Positions 29,071-38,668 of a stretch of 64,000 nt of DNA are shown here, in pieces (position 1 is the first letter of the stretch; every line of letters begins with the position of its first letter). The notes beneath the pieces were generated by a model that saw only the letters and a list, made by a program, of their open reading frames with translations, searched no databases and was not told the DNA's origin. Source of the stretch: Spirochaetia bacterium (GTDB lineage: Bacteria; Spirochaetota; Spirochaetia; WTKD01; G963693115); assembly GCA_965226055.1 (NCBI GenBank), contig CBDDCA010000006.1:258251-322250 (forward strand), in the 5' to 3' direction. The translations under genes and the position numbers were made by a program.

Positions 29071-30632
29071 GATAAGAGAGAATAGTAGCTTTGTAACACT
29101 GGATGAGGATCTCCTTTCAACAAAGTATGTGTTAGTACTTTTCCTAACTGCACCCCTTCTTGATCAAAAGAATTGATGTTCCATAAGAACCCTTGAAACA
29201 TTACTTTATTTTCAAAGTGTGAAAGTAACGCACCAAGTGTGTACGGAGTTGCCATATCAGCATACAATACACTGGAAGGACGATTTCCTATAAACAGCTT
29301 ATGTGCATTATCATTATCCTTTCCCATTGAAAACGCCACTATCTGTGCTGCTAAGTTTGCCAACAGCTTTTGTTGACTTGTAGAGCCTTCATAGGATATA
29401 TCATGTTGCATCTGAGAATGAGTAAACGCTATAAACTGTAATGGTACAATATCAGTTCCCTGATGTAATAGCTGATAAAAACTATGCTGTCCGTTTGTCC
29501 CTGGTTCTCCAAACACTACCGGTCCAGTAGTATAGTCAATACGTTCCCCAAAACGATTTACTTGTTTTCCATTACTCTCCATATCAAGCTGTTGTAAATG
29601 AGCAGGAAAACGAGATAACGCCTGACTATACGGAAGCACTGCAGTGTAAGGATACTTAAGAACATTACGTTCGTACACACCAATAAGAGCATCTATCATT
29701 GCAGGATTTTGCATAACAGGAGCAGTATACGCTATCTTATCACTCTCATGTGTACCACGTAAAAACTCCCGTGTTATATCGCTTCCATAGGCAAGATTTA
29801 AGAGACATACTCCCACCGCACTACTTACCGAATAGCGTCCACCAATATAATCATCAATAAAAAAAGAATCGAGGTAATCTTTTGATTGTGCTAAAGGACT
29901 TGTTTCAGAGGTTACACATACCATATGCTTTTTGGGATGTTTAATACCTGCTTGTTGTAACCATTCTAACGCAAACTGAGCATTGGTAAGCGTTTCTTGT
30001 GTTGTCCCACTCTTTGAAACTAAAATAAACAATGTTGTTTCTGGATTAGCAAACAATAATTGTTCTCCCGTATCATCAGGGTCAACATTACTTATAAACC
30101 CTACTTTTCGTATAGGAATATCTTTTCTTTTTGCGTATACATAGGAACGCAAAGCAAGATATACAGCACGAGGGCCAAGATCTGAACCTCCTATTCCTAT
30201 TTGAATAAAAGTATCAAAAGGTTTTCCTGTTTCTCCTACTATTTCTTGGGCATGTACTTTTTTTGCAAAATTTTCACAAAGGCGTATCTGTTCGGCATAA
30301 AATTCATTATAATTTCTCCCTTCTTTTTGGACTACAGTGTCTAACTGTCCACGAAGAGCATGGTGTAATACCATACGCTGTTCGCCAGTGTTTACTATTT
30401 CCCCATTTACAAGCTGAGAAAACATTTCTTTGAGTTGTTGTTCTTCTGACAGAGCATAGAGTTGCTGAAGTATCTCATCGTTTACTCTTTTTGCAGAAAA
30501 ATTATAGCGGTATCCAGCTCCTGCTACATCATATTGTTGAATACGTTTTGCATCAAATTGTTCATAACTAAACAATGGCATATCACTTAACTTCTTAAAA
30601 TTAGTACAATCATTTAAGTTCTTATTACTCAT
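29067..30632 (-). CDS. pgi: Glucose-6-phosphate isomerase
   Basis: A 521-aa PGI-family protein (..[11 protein letters not shown].., ..ESNGK..) with typical length. Its stop overlaps the start of the MTase gene. Confidence 0.85.
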   Translation of the reverse strand: MSNKNLNDCTNFKKLSDMPLFSYEQFDAKRIQQYDVAGAGYRYNFSAKRVNDEILQQLYALSEEQQLKEMFSQLVNGEIVNTGEQRMVLHHALRGQLDTVVQKEGRNYNEFYAEQIRLCENFAKKVHAQEIVGETGKPFDTFIQIGIGGSDLGPRAVYLALRSYVYAKRKDIPIRKVGFISNVDPDDTGEQLLFANPETTLFILVSKSGTTQETLTNAQFALEWLQQAGIKHPKKHMVCVTSETSPLAQSKDYLDSFFIDDYIGGRYSVSSAVGVCLLNLAYGSDITREFLRGTHESDKIAYTAPVMQNPAMIDALIGVYERNVLKYPYTAVLPYSQALSRFPAHLQQLDMESNGKQVNRFGERIDYTTGPVVFGEPGTNGQHSFYQLLHQGTDIVPLQFIAFTHSQMQHDISYEGSTSQQKLLANLAAQIVAFSMGKDNDNAHKLFIGNRPSSVLYADMATPYTLGALLSHFENKVMFQGFLWNINSFDQEGVQLGKVLTHTLLKGDPHPVLQSYYSLLS

Positions 30633-30829
30633 ATATTCAGTATAATAGAATTACTATATTTTATTTCAAATATCCTTTCGCATACCTAGTAACAATACTC
30701 CTATACCAGCTTAACCTATTAAAAAGTAAAAGGCACAGCACTAATACCGTAAACTTAATACTATCTTAACAATTTTTTAATTATTATCTCATATAGATAC
30801 TCTATACTGTAAGAAAAAAAGGAGATACT

Positions 30830-31816
30830 ATGAAAAAATTTAGTTTCATATTACTAATAGTGATAAGTACAATCACTATTGTACCCGTTTTTGCCAATGG
30901 CAATAAAGAAGAAGCAGATAGCTCTAATAATTGGGCAATAAAAAGAGAAGCACAGATCCCCGAAGTGAATGCAAGTAATGTACAAGGAAGCATCATTATT
31001 GCAGGAAGTTCTACTGTATTTCCTGTTGCTGAAAAACTTGCAGATATTTTTCGTGAAGACGGATATACAGGAAATATAAAAGTAGACAGTATTGGAAGTG
31101 GTGCTGGGTTTGAACGCTGGACAAAAGGAGAAACAGATATTGCTAATGCAAGTCGCCCTATTAAAGAAAAAGAAATAAACACTGCACAATCAATAGGAAG
31201 AGATCCTATTGGGTTTCTGATAGGAATTGACGCATTAGTAGTGATAGTAAATCCTGAAAACGACTGGCTTAATGATGTGAGCATTGAAATGCTTGCAAAA
31301 ATTTTTAGCTCTGATAAATGGAGTGATGTAAATCCAAGCTGGCCAAATGCTATGATTGAAAAATTTTCACCAGGAACTGATAGCGGTACATTTGATTACT
31401 TCGTAGAAGCTGTATTTGACAAAGATAAAGAACCACTACTCTCTGCAAACTCACTCCAGCTTTCCGAAGATGACAATATTCTCTCAAGGGGGGTACAAAG
31501 CTCTAAATACGGTATTGGGTACTTTGGATATGCATACTACAATGAAGCAAAAGATACACTCAAAGCTATTAGTATTTCAGGAAGCGTGCCTTCCGAAAAA
31601 AGTGTATACGACAATACATACCCATTAGCACGCCCATTGTACATGTATTCTTCTGCTTCAATTATGCAAGAAAAACAACAAATAGCTGCATTTTTAGCGT
31701 ATACATTGAATAATATAGAAAGCGTTATCACAGAAGTAGGATATTTTCCTGCACGTCAGGCTGATTATACTAACAGTAACAAAGCATGGATGCAAGCAAT
31801 GGAAGGAAACTATTAA
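30830..31816 (+). CDS. pstS: Phosphate ABC transporter substrate-binding protein
   Basis: Signal peptide and 'IIIAGSSTVFPVAEKLADIF..GSGAGFERW', the PstS signature. It is the first gene of the pst operon. Confidence 0.85.
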   Translation: MKKFSFILLIVISTITIVPVFANGNKEEADSSNNWAIKREAQIPEVNASNVQGSIIIAGSSTVFPVAEKLADIFREDGYTGNIKVDSIGSGAGFERWTKGETDIANASRPIKEKEINTAQSIGRDPIGFLIGIDALVVIVNPENDWLNDVSIEMLAKIFSSDKWSDVNPSWPNAMIEKFSPGTDSGTFDYFVEAVFDKDKEPLLSANSLQLSEDDNILSRGVQSSKYGIGYFGYAYYNEAKDTLKAISISGSVPSEKSVYDNTYPLARPLYMYSSASIMQEKQQIAAFLAYTLNNIESVITEVGYFPARQADYTNSNKAWMQAMEGNY

Positions 31817-31837
31817 AATAGTAACTATCGTATAACT

Positions 31838-32764
31838 ATGAAAATGCCACGATTACAAGATAAAAATAAGTACCGTCATATCCCAAGAATACATGAACGA
31901 GGTATTGAATGGGTTCTTACCATATGTGGAGTACTCTCTATAATAATAACAATAGCCATCGTGCTCTTTCTTGGCAAAGACGCTCTCCCGTTCTTTCAAG
32001 ACGAAGAAGTTTCATTATGGGAATTTTTTACTTCGACATCGTGGCAACCTGCATTAGGACAGTTAGGCATACTTCCTTTGTTTAATGCAACATTACTTAC
32101 TAGTTTTATAGCCTTACTTTTTGCTACGCCCATTGGTGTTTTTACTGCTATATACTTAAGCGAGTTTGCCAGTACAAGAATACGAAACATACTAAAACCT
32201 ATATTAGAAATGCTTGCAGGCATTCCTTCAATAGTATACGGGTTTTTTGCAGTAGTATTTGTTACCCCTTTACTTCGAACAATTATTGGAAGTGATGTAG
32301 TGAACATTTATAATAATCTTTCTGCAGGTTTAATGATGGGGGTACTCATACTTCCAATTATTACTTCTATGGTAGAAGATTCTCTTCATGCCATACCAAA
32401 CACATTACGGAGTGGAGCCTACGCCTTAGGAGCAACGAAATTTCAGACTGCAACACAGATCGTACTTCCTGCAGCATTTTCTGGAGTATCAGCAAGTATT
32501 ATTATTGGATTATCGCGTGCCATAGGAGAAACTACTATAGCAGCCTTAGCTGCAGGAGCAGGAGCTAATTTCACCTTTAATCCATTTGAATCTGCCGAAA
32601 CTATGACAGGCTATATTCTACGTATTAGCGGTGGAGATGTAAGCTATAATACTATAGACTATACCAGCATTTTTGCTATTGGCATTACATTATTTTTTAT
32701 TACCCTTGGACTAAATATGTTAGGGCAGTATATCAGTAACAAATATAGAGAGGTATACGATTGA
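31838..32764 (+). CDS. pstC: Phosphate ABC transporter permease PstC
   Basis: A polytopic protein with an EAA-like loop 'AIPNTLRSGAYALGATKFQT', placed immediately after pstS. Confidence 0.85.
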   Translation: MKMPRLQDKNKYRHIPRIHERGIEWVLTICGVLSIIITIAIVLFLGKDALPFFQDEEVSLWEFFTSTSWQPALGQLGILPLFNATLLTSFIALLFATPIGVFTAIYLSEFASTRIRNILKPILEMLAGIPSIVYGFFAVVFVTPLLRTIIGSDVVNIYNNLSAGLMMGVLILPIITSMVEDSLHAIPNTLRSGAYALGATKFQTATQIVLPAAFSGVSASIIIGLSRAIGETTIAALAAGAGANFTFNPFESAETMTGYILRISGGDVSYNTIDYTSIFAIGITLFFITLGLNMLGQYISNKYREVYD

Positions 32765-33921
32765 TGAATCTTAAAACAGTAAAAGAAAAATTTCAAATAC
32801 TCTGCTTATTTGCATCATCACTTTTTTCCATACTCATACTCATTACGCTTTTATTCCAAATTCTCAATGAGAATTTTGGATATGTAATGTACGAATACTC
32901 AATAGAAGAAAAAGAGCTTCTCAGCACACCATTGGAACAAGCCAGCAAAGAAGAGATGATTGTTCTCTTAAAAGAAACATTACGCCCTTCTTTACAACGA
33001 AATTTAACAGAAGACACAGCATTTGAAAACCAAACTATTGACACTTTACGCAACCATGTTCGTCAGTACATTCTGAAAGAAAAAATTGTCAAATCATGGT
33101 CACTCTATGATTCTATTACAAAAAAAGATGAAATCTTTGCACAAGCTACCAGTACTAAAAACCGAATAGTATTTCATTCTTGGCTAAACCCTAACTTCAT
33201 AATTTCAAAACAAAGTACCGAAGCAAGTACAACAGGAATTCGAACTGCTATACTTGGTACATTATGGGTTATTACGATTGCTGCTTTATTTTCTATTCCG
33301 TTTGGTGTTGCAACTGCAATATATCTGGAAGAATACGCAAAAAAAAATATGCTCACAAACATTATTACCACCAATATTTATAATCTTGCAGGAGTTCCCT
33401 CTGTTATATATGGATTACTTGGACTAGCACTCTTTGTTCGTATTTTTGAACCTATCACACAAGGAAGAACAATACTATCTGCTGGACTTACCTTAGGGCT
33501 TATGTGTTTACCTATGATAATCATCAACTCTCAAGAAGCCATTAAAGCTGTCCCTAACACCTTACGTTATTCTAGTTATGCACTTGGAGCAACAAAATGG
33601 CAAACCATCCTGTACCATGTACTTCCCTACTCTTTAGAACGCATTATTACAGGCATTATACTTGCTCTTTCTCGAGCAATAGGAGAAACCGCTCCTCTTG
33701 TTATCATAGGGGCAGCAACATTTATCAGTGTAGATCCCAACAACATCTTTGCCAGCTTTACTGCATTACCCATTCAAATATATCAATGGGCATCACGCCC
33801 TCAACACATTTATTACAACACAAGCTCAGCAGCAATTATCGTATTACTTATTCTCATTTTAATAGTAAACATTATTCCTATTAGTATACGAAATAGGCTG
33901 TCAAAAAAAGTAAAAATATAA
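32761..33921 (+). CDS. pstA: Phosphate ABC transporter permease PstA (with an N-terminal extension)
   Basis: 'AVPNTLRYSSYALGATKWQT' with six C-terminal TM segments. It overlaps pstC by 4 nt. Confidence 0.8.
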   Translation: MMNLKTVKEKFQILCLFASSLFSILILITLLFQILNENFGYVMYEYSIEEKELLSTPLEQASKEEMIVLLKETLRPSLQRNLTEDTAFENQTIDTLRNHVRQYILKEKIVKSWSLYDSITKKDEIFAQATSTKNRIVFHSWLNPNFIISKQSTEASTTGIRTAILGTLWVITIAALFSIPFGVATAIYLEEYAKKNMLTNIITTNIYNLAGVPSVIYGLLGLALFVRIFEPITQGRTILSAGLTLGLMCLPMIIINSQEAIKAVPNTLRYSSYALGATKWQTILYHVLPYSLERIITGIILALSRAIGETAPLVIIGAATFISVDPNNIFASFTALPIQIYQWASRPQHIYYNTSSAAIIVLLILILIVNIIPISIRNRLSKKVKI

Positions 33922-33941
33922 GAGAATGAAAGTAGGACATT

Positions 33942-34727
33942 ATGAACACAAAAAATAACACCCTCTTACAAACAAAAAAACTCAATTTTTATTATAACTA
34001 CGATAAAAAGAAACCTTCAAGTATGATACATGCACTTACAGATATTTCTCTTGAAATAGAGCACAACACAATCTGTGCACTTATAGGACCTTCTGGGTGT
34101 GGAAAGAGTACTTTCTTACGTTGTATAAACCGTATGAACGATCTCATCCCTCATACAAAAGCGGAAGGGGAAATTCTTGTAAAAGGAAAAAATATCTTTG
34201 ATTCTGAAGTAGATCCAGTAGAAGTACGAAAAGAGATAGGAATGGTATTTCAAAAGCCCAATCCTTTTCCTAAAAGTATTTATGAAAATATAGCATGGGG
34301 GGCACGTATCAATGGTATCACTAAAAACCTTGATGAACTGGTAGAAAAAAACCTTGTGAATGCTGGACTATGGGATGAAGTAAAAGATAAACTAAAATCA
34401 AGTGCACTCTCTCTATCAGGAGGACAACAACAACGACTTTGCATTGCTCGTACATTAGCAATAAATCCGCAAATAATTCTTATGGATGAACCAACATCGG
34501 CACTTGATCCCATATCAACGTCTGTAATTGAGAACTTGATTATTGAGCTAAGAAAATCTTATACTATAATTATAGTAACTCATAATATGCAACAGGCAGG
34601 AAGAATATCAGACGATACCGCATTTTTCCTTAATGGTGTCCTCATAGAATGCGACAAAACAGCAGACATGTTTGTAAAACCCAAAAACATAAAAACAGAA
34701 GAATATATTACTGGCAAATTCGGATAA
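33942..34727 (+). CDS. pstB: Phosphate ABC transporter ATP-binding protein
   Basis: Walker [19 protein letters not shown], and a PstB-like C-terminus. Confidence 0.9.
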   Translation: MNTKNNTLLQTKKLNFYYNYDKKKPSSMIHALTDISLEIEHNTICALIGPSGCGKSTFLRCINRMNDLIPHTKAEGEILVKGKNIFDSEVDPVEVRKEIGMVFQKPNPFPKSIYENIAWGARINGITKNLDELVEKNLVNAGLWDEVKDKLKSSALSLSGGQQQRLCIARTLAINPQIILMDEPTSALDPISTSVIENLIIELRKSYTIIIVTHNMQQAGRISDDTAFFLNGVLIECDKTADMFVKPKNIKTEEYITGKFG

Positions 34728-34743
34728 ATTTATAGGAGATAAT

Positions 34744-35403
34744 ATGACATTAATAAGAGAACATTTTAATCAAGCACAAAATGAAATAGAGAAACGCATC
34801 ATTCGTTTTTCTTCAATGATATCAGATACATTACACAAAGCATTTAATACAGTGCTAGCATTAGATTTATCAGAAGCGAAACAGATTATTGAACACGATA
34901 AACTAATTGATGAAGAACAACGTAAAATTGAAGAAGCATGTGTAAAAATACTTGCAACGGAACAACCAGTGGCATCAGATTTACGGAGTTTAGTAGCATA
35001 CATAAAAGAGCTTTCTCTGTATGAAAAAATTGGAGATTATGCAAAAAGTATGTGCTTAAATACCGAGATGGTAACAAAACAGCTTATTGAAGAATATTCT
35101 CCTCATATCATTGCTCAACGAAAGGTAGTATTTGAAATGCTTGAAAGTACTATTGAAGCTTTAGTAAAAAAAGACGCAAACTTAGCACGCGATACTGCTC
35201 AAAAAGATAATCAACTTGACAAAAATTACCGTGCCACACAAAGAGAGCTCCTTAAAAAACTTGATAACAATGATATACATCATGAAAGTATAGTTGCATT
35301 TATCAATATTATTAAATGTTTTGAAAGAATTGGAGACATGATAAGCATCATTGACGAATTGATAGTATATGCTGTTAATGGCATACATGAAGACCTAAAC
35401 TAA
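34744..35403 (+). CDS. phoU: Phosphate uptake regulator PhoU
   Basis: 219 aa with two PhoU-repeat helical halves (..DxxxxE..IGD...I), placed directly after pstB. Confidence 0.8.
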   Translation: MTLIREHFNQAQNEIEKRIIRFSSMISDTLHKAFNTVLALDLSEAKQIIEHDKLIDEEQRKIEEACVKILATEQPVASDLRSLVAYIKELSLYEKIGDYAKSMCLNTEMVTKQLIEEYSPHIIAQRKVVFEMLESTIEALVKKDANLARDTAQKDNQLDKNYRATQRELLKKLDNNDIHHESIVAFINIIKCFERIGDMISIIDELIVYAVNGIHEDLN

Positions 35404-35417
35404 AAAGCTATTGTTGT

Positions 35418-36128
35418 ATGTCAGTGTCATCCCTGCCATCTGTTCTTATTGCTGATGATGATAAAGAAATATGTAAGCTTATTGAAATACTTATAAAGCC
35501 CATAAGTAGCACTACCACAATAACAAATACTGGAAAACAAACCTTACAATGTATTGAAACATCTATACCAGATGTTATTATACTTGATCTCAGTTTTCCT
35601 GATCTTGACGGATTTTCAATTTGCTCATGGATTCGCAAGAATGAAACAATACCACAACCTATCATTATAGTACTTACCGCAAGAAATTCGGACAAAGATA
35701 AAATAAACAGCTTTGATATTGGTGCAGATGAATACATAAGCAAACCGTTTAGTCCAGCATTTCTTAGTAAAAGAATACATATGCTATGGCAACAAAAAAA
35801 TAGTAGCAACAGTGCCACAACCAACACTACAAAGATTCAGTTTAATGAAATCGTGCTTGATATAGAACAAAAAAGAGCATTTATCGAAGAGAGTGAAATA
35901 TATCTTACCTTTATGGAATGGCAGATACTTTTATTATTTATGAAACATCCCGGAAAAGTATTATCACGTTCTTTCATTATCCAACATGTAAAAGGAGATA
36001 ACTTTATTATATATGATAGAGTAATTGATGTTCATATTGTAGCATTACGAAAAAAATTAGGACACTTAAAATCATATATCTGCACAAAACGAAGTATGGG
36101 ATATTATCTTGATAATACAAAAAAATAA
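35418..36128 (+). CDS. OmpR/PhoB-family response regulator
   Basis: A receiver domain (LIADDDKEI..DLSFPDLDG) plus a winged-helix trans_reg_C domain (..LTFMEWQILLLFMKHPGKVLSR..). Confidence 0.8.
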   Translation: MSVSSLPSVLIADDDKEICKLIEILIKPISSTTTITNTGKQTLQCIETSIPDVIILDLSFPDLDGFSICSWIRKNETIPQPIIIVLTARNSDKDKINSFDIGADEYISKPFSPAFLSKRIHMLWQQKNSSNSATTNTTKIQFNEIVLDIEQKRAFIEESEIYLTFMEWQILLLFMKHPGKVLSRSFIIQHVKGDNFIIYDRVIDVHIVALRKKLGHLKSYICTKRSMGYYLDNTKK

Positions 36129-37161
36129 TAACAATACCCTCGATTATACAAACTATCTCAGCTTATTAAAAGCATCAAACTTTTTATCACCTTGGTGTAT
36201 AATAAATAAAAATCTCACTATTGTAGAAGCACATCAAAAAATAACATCATTTTCAAAGTTTGATACTGTAGTAGGACTTCATATTCTTCAAGCGTTTCTC
36301 AGTCATATATTAGAAGAACATCTTGAACAATTTCTTCTCACTGAAGAAAGAAGCAACACTATCGTAGTTCCAATCCATGAACAGCAATATCATATTGAAA
36401 TATCAAAAATACAAAATAGCCCCTATATATTGCTTATATTTATGAAGCTACAAGACAGTACACTTGATAAGAATGAAAAAACAGAGGAAATATTTATTCA
36501 AAATATATCACATGAATTACGTACTCCCCTTACTATTATATTAGGCTATATTGAACACATTACCACCAATCAAACTACTGATACATTTAAGGAAGAACTG
36601 TACTGTATTCAACAACAAGGACATCGACTGCACAATATTATTGATGCTCTTACATACCTATACTTTCCTAAACATTTTCAACAACAAACACCTGACACAT
36701 ATGAAAACATTAACAATATCATTACAGAATTCTTAGGCACACAAATTACCAAAAAAAAGAAATCATATATTTCCTTTATTCAGTGTCAAAAAAACACACA
36801 CATAAACATAAACAAAGTACTCTTATATATCGTTCTCTACAACCTTATTGATAATGCTATAAAATTTTCTTCAAACGAACCGCATATCATCATTACTGCC
36901 AAAGATAAAAAAGATACCATAGTAGTATCAATACAAGACCAAGGAATGGGCATTCCAGAACATCTTCACGAAAAAATATTTGAACGATTTTATCGTGTTA
37001 CTAGCACCGATCACCAAACAACACAAGGCTCAGGACTTGGACTGACAATAACAAAAAAAATCATACAGACAATGAACAGTAGCATACAGCTACAGAGTGC
37101 TGTACACAAAGGAACTACTGTAATACTCACCTTTCCGAAAGACACTCATAAAAATGTATAG
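36109..37161 (+). CDS. Sensor histidine kinase (PhoR-like by context). No predicted TM segment
   Basis: H-box 'NISHELRTPLTII', then N/G boxes (LIDNAIKFS; GSGLGLTI). It overlaps the response-regulator gene by 20 nt. Confidence 0.8.
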   Translation: MIIQKNNNNTLDYTNYLSLLKASNFLSPWCIINKNLTIVEAHQKITSFSKFDTVVGLHILQAFLSHILEEHLEQFLLTEERSNTIVVPIHEQQYHIEISKIQNSPYILLIFMKLQDSTLDKNEKTEEIFIQNISHELRTPLTIILGYIEHITTNQTTDTFKEELYCIQQQGHRLHNIIDALTYLYFPKHFQQQTPDTYENINNIITEFLGTQITKKKKSYISFIQCQKNTHININKVLLYIVLYNLIDNAIKFSSNEPHIIITAKDKKDTIVVSIQDQGMGIPEHLHEKIFERFYRVTSTDHQTTQGSGLGLTITKKIIQTMNSSIQLQSAVHKGTTVILTFPKDTHKNV

Positions 37162-37179
37162 CTATCATTTTCTGTAGTG

Positions 37180-38484
37180 CTAAGGAATAATGTTACTTAC
37201 AAGATAGTCTCTATTATACATGATAACTCTACCCAACTTATACTCTCTCCATTTCACAAGAATAGGTTGAGGAACAATATTCTTTTCTTGCTCCAACTGT
37301 GTTACAGTGAACATCGTACTATCATATATAGTAGCTATTTCTAAACGCTCTTTGAGCATTGTTACTAAATTACCATCAACAGACCATAATTTTATTCTTG
37401 CATCCTTTCCTGCACTTGCAATACTATTGCTCTTTCCATTAAAAGCAACTGTCCATATACGATCATTATTATCCTTAATACTTCGTTCTAAAGTAGCATT
37501 TTTTACATTCCATATATTTATACTCTCATCAGCACTACTACTAATAATATACTTTGAATCAGCACTAAACCCAACAGCATATATATTTGAAGCATGTCCT
37601 TTTAGTACACGACTTGCTCGCAGTCCTTCTTTAGACGACTTTGCCTGTGCTAAGTCATCCAACGAGTATACTATTATCGTACAATCATCACTAGCACTTG
37701 CAAGATATTTTCCATCTGCACTAAACGCCAACGCATTGACATCTCCGTAATGTCTTCTAAAGCTCTGTAAAGCAGTTATGTTTCTGTCTTGCTTTGCCAT
37801 TTCTGTATTAAAAGGAACATTCCAAAATCGTACAATATTATCTGTACCACCACTTGCAAGATATGTTCCGTCAGAACTATATGCTATAACATGTATCTCC
37901 TGTTGTGTCTGTAGCTCATCTATAAGCTGTGCATTCTCTACATCCCATATACGAATACTTCCATCTTTTCCCGCACTTGCAAGAGTATTTTCACTAGGAT
38001 GAAATGCTATAGTATACCCCTCGTTCTGTGAGATAGTATGATTTTGTGACTTATCCTGAAATTGAGCTTGAATTTGAGTAAGGATATTCCCTTTATTTGT
38101 TAGATCCCAAATAGTAATAGTACCATCAACACTCACACTTGCTACCAACGTTCCACTAGGACTATATAGTACTTGAGAAATAGCAGAGCTATGTCCTTCT
38201 AAACTACGAATAATCTGATAACTGTTTAGGTCCCATAGTTTGACTGTATTATCTTTTGATCCACTCACAAGAAAATTACCACTAGGAGAAAATGCAATGC
38301 TAACAACATCATCACTATGAATGGGCTGTGGCTCTAACCTTTCTAAGCCTACTTGTTGCATAAAATCAAGGGCTGACCCCTTCGCTACTTCCTGCTCTTC
38401 CTTATATGATGTACAGCTTGTTGCTACCAAGAGAACATAAAAAAAAGAGATTATAAATATACACTGTAATAATTGCTGTTTCAT
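37180..38484 (-). CDS. WD40-repeat beta-propeller lipoprotein
   Basis: Lipobox (LLVATSC). There are at least seven WD-like units (..GH...I..V.FSP.G..L.SGS.D.T.K.WD..). Confidence 0.7.
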   Translation of the reverse strand: MKQQLLQCIFIISFFYVLLVATSCTSYKEEQEVAKGSALDFMQQVGLERLEPQPIHSDDVVSIAFSPSGNFLVSGSKDNTVKLWDLNSYQIIRSLEGHSSAISQVLYSPSGTLVASVSVDGTITIWDLTNKGNILTQIQAQFQDKSQNHTISQNEGYTIAFHPSENTLASAGKDGSIRIWDVENAQLIDELQTQQEIHVIAYSSDGTYLASGGTDNIVRFWNVPFNTEMAKQDRNITALQSFRRHYGDVNALAFSADGKYLASASDDCTIIVYSLDDLAQAKSSKEGLRASRVLKGHASNIYAVGFSADSKYIISSSADESINIWNVKNATLERSIKDNNDRIWTVAFNGKSNSIASAGKDARIKLWSVDGNLVTMLKERLEIATIYDSTMFTVTQLEQEKNIVPQPILVKWREYKLGRVIMYNRDYLVSNIIP

Positions 38485-38668
38485 GTAAATACACTATGAG
38501 TGTATTCTTATTATCTGCAATTTTAATCAAAAATTTTACTACTTTGATAAATATATTAGTATTTATTTTCCTGCATGTATACAACATAAGTACTAGATAC
38601 TCCTCTATAGCAGATACTTGCACCAATAATACAGATTTTATCAAATGTTCATTATAAAACTCCTATTA

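Noticed and set aside
30802-31284. 160-aa and 111-aa minus-strand ORFs overlapping pstS
   Set aside because: They are antisense to a strongly supported pstS. The 160-aa one is Ser/Leu/Ile-rich and the 111-aa one Cys-rich, both nonsense translations.
33351-33360. A9 and A8 homopolymers (33351 in pstA, 36751 in the kinase gene) and T8 runs, as additional phase-variation tracts
   Set aside because: Such short A/T runs are expected by composition in a ~35% GC genome, and they are far shorter than the 13-15-nt G/C tracts. There is no paired frame evidence.
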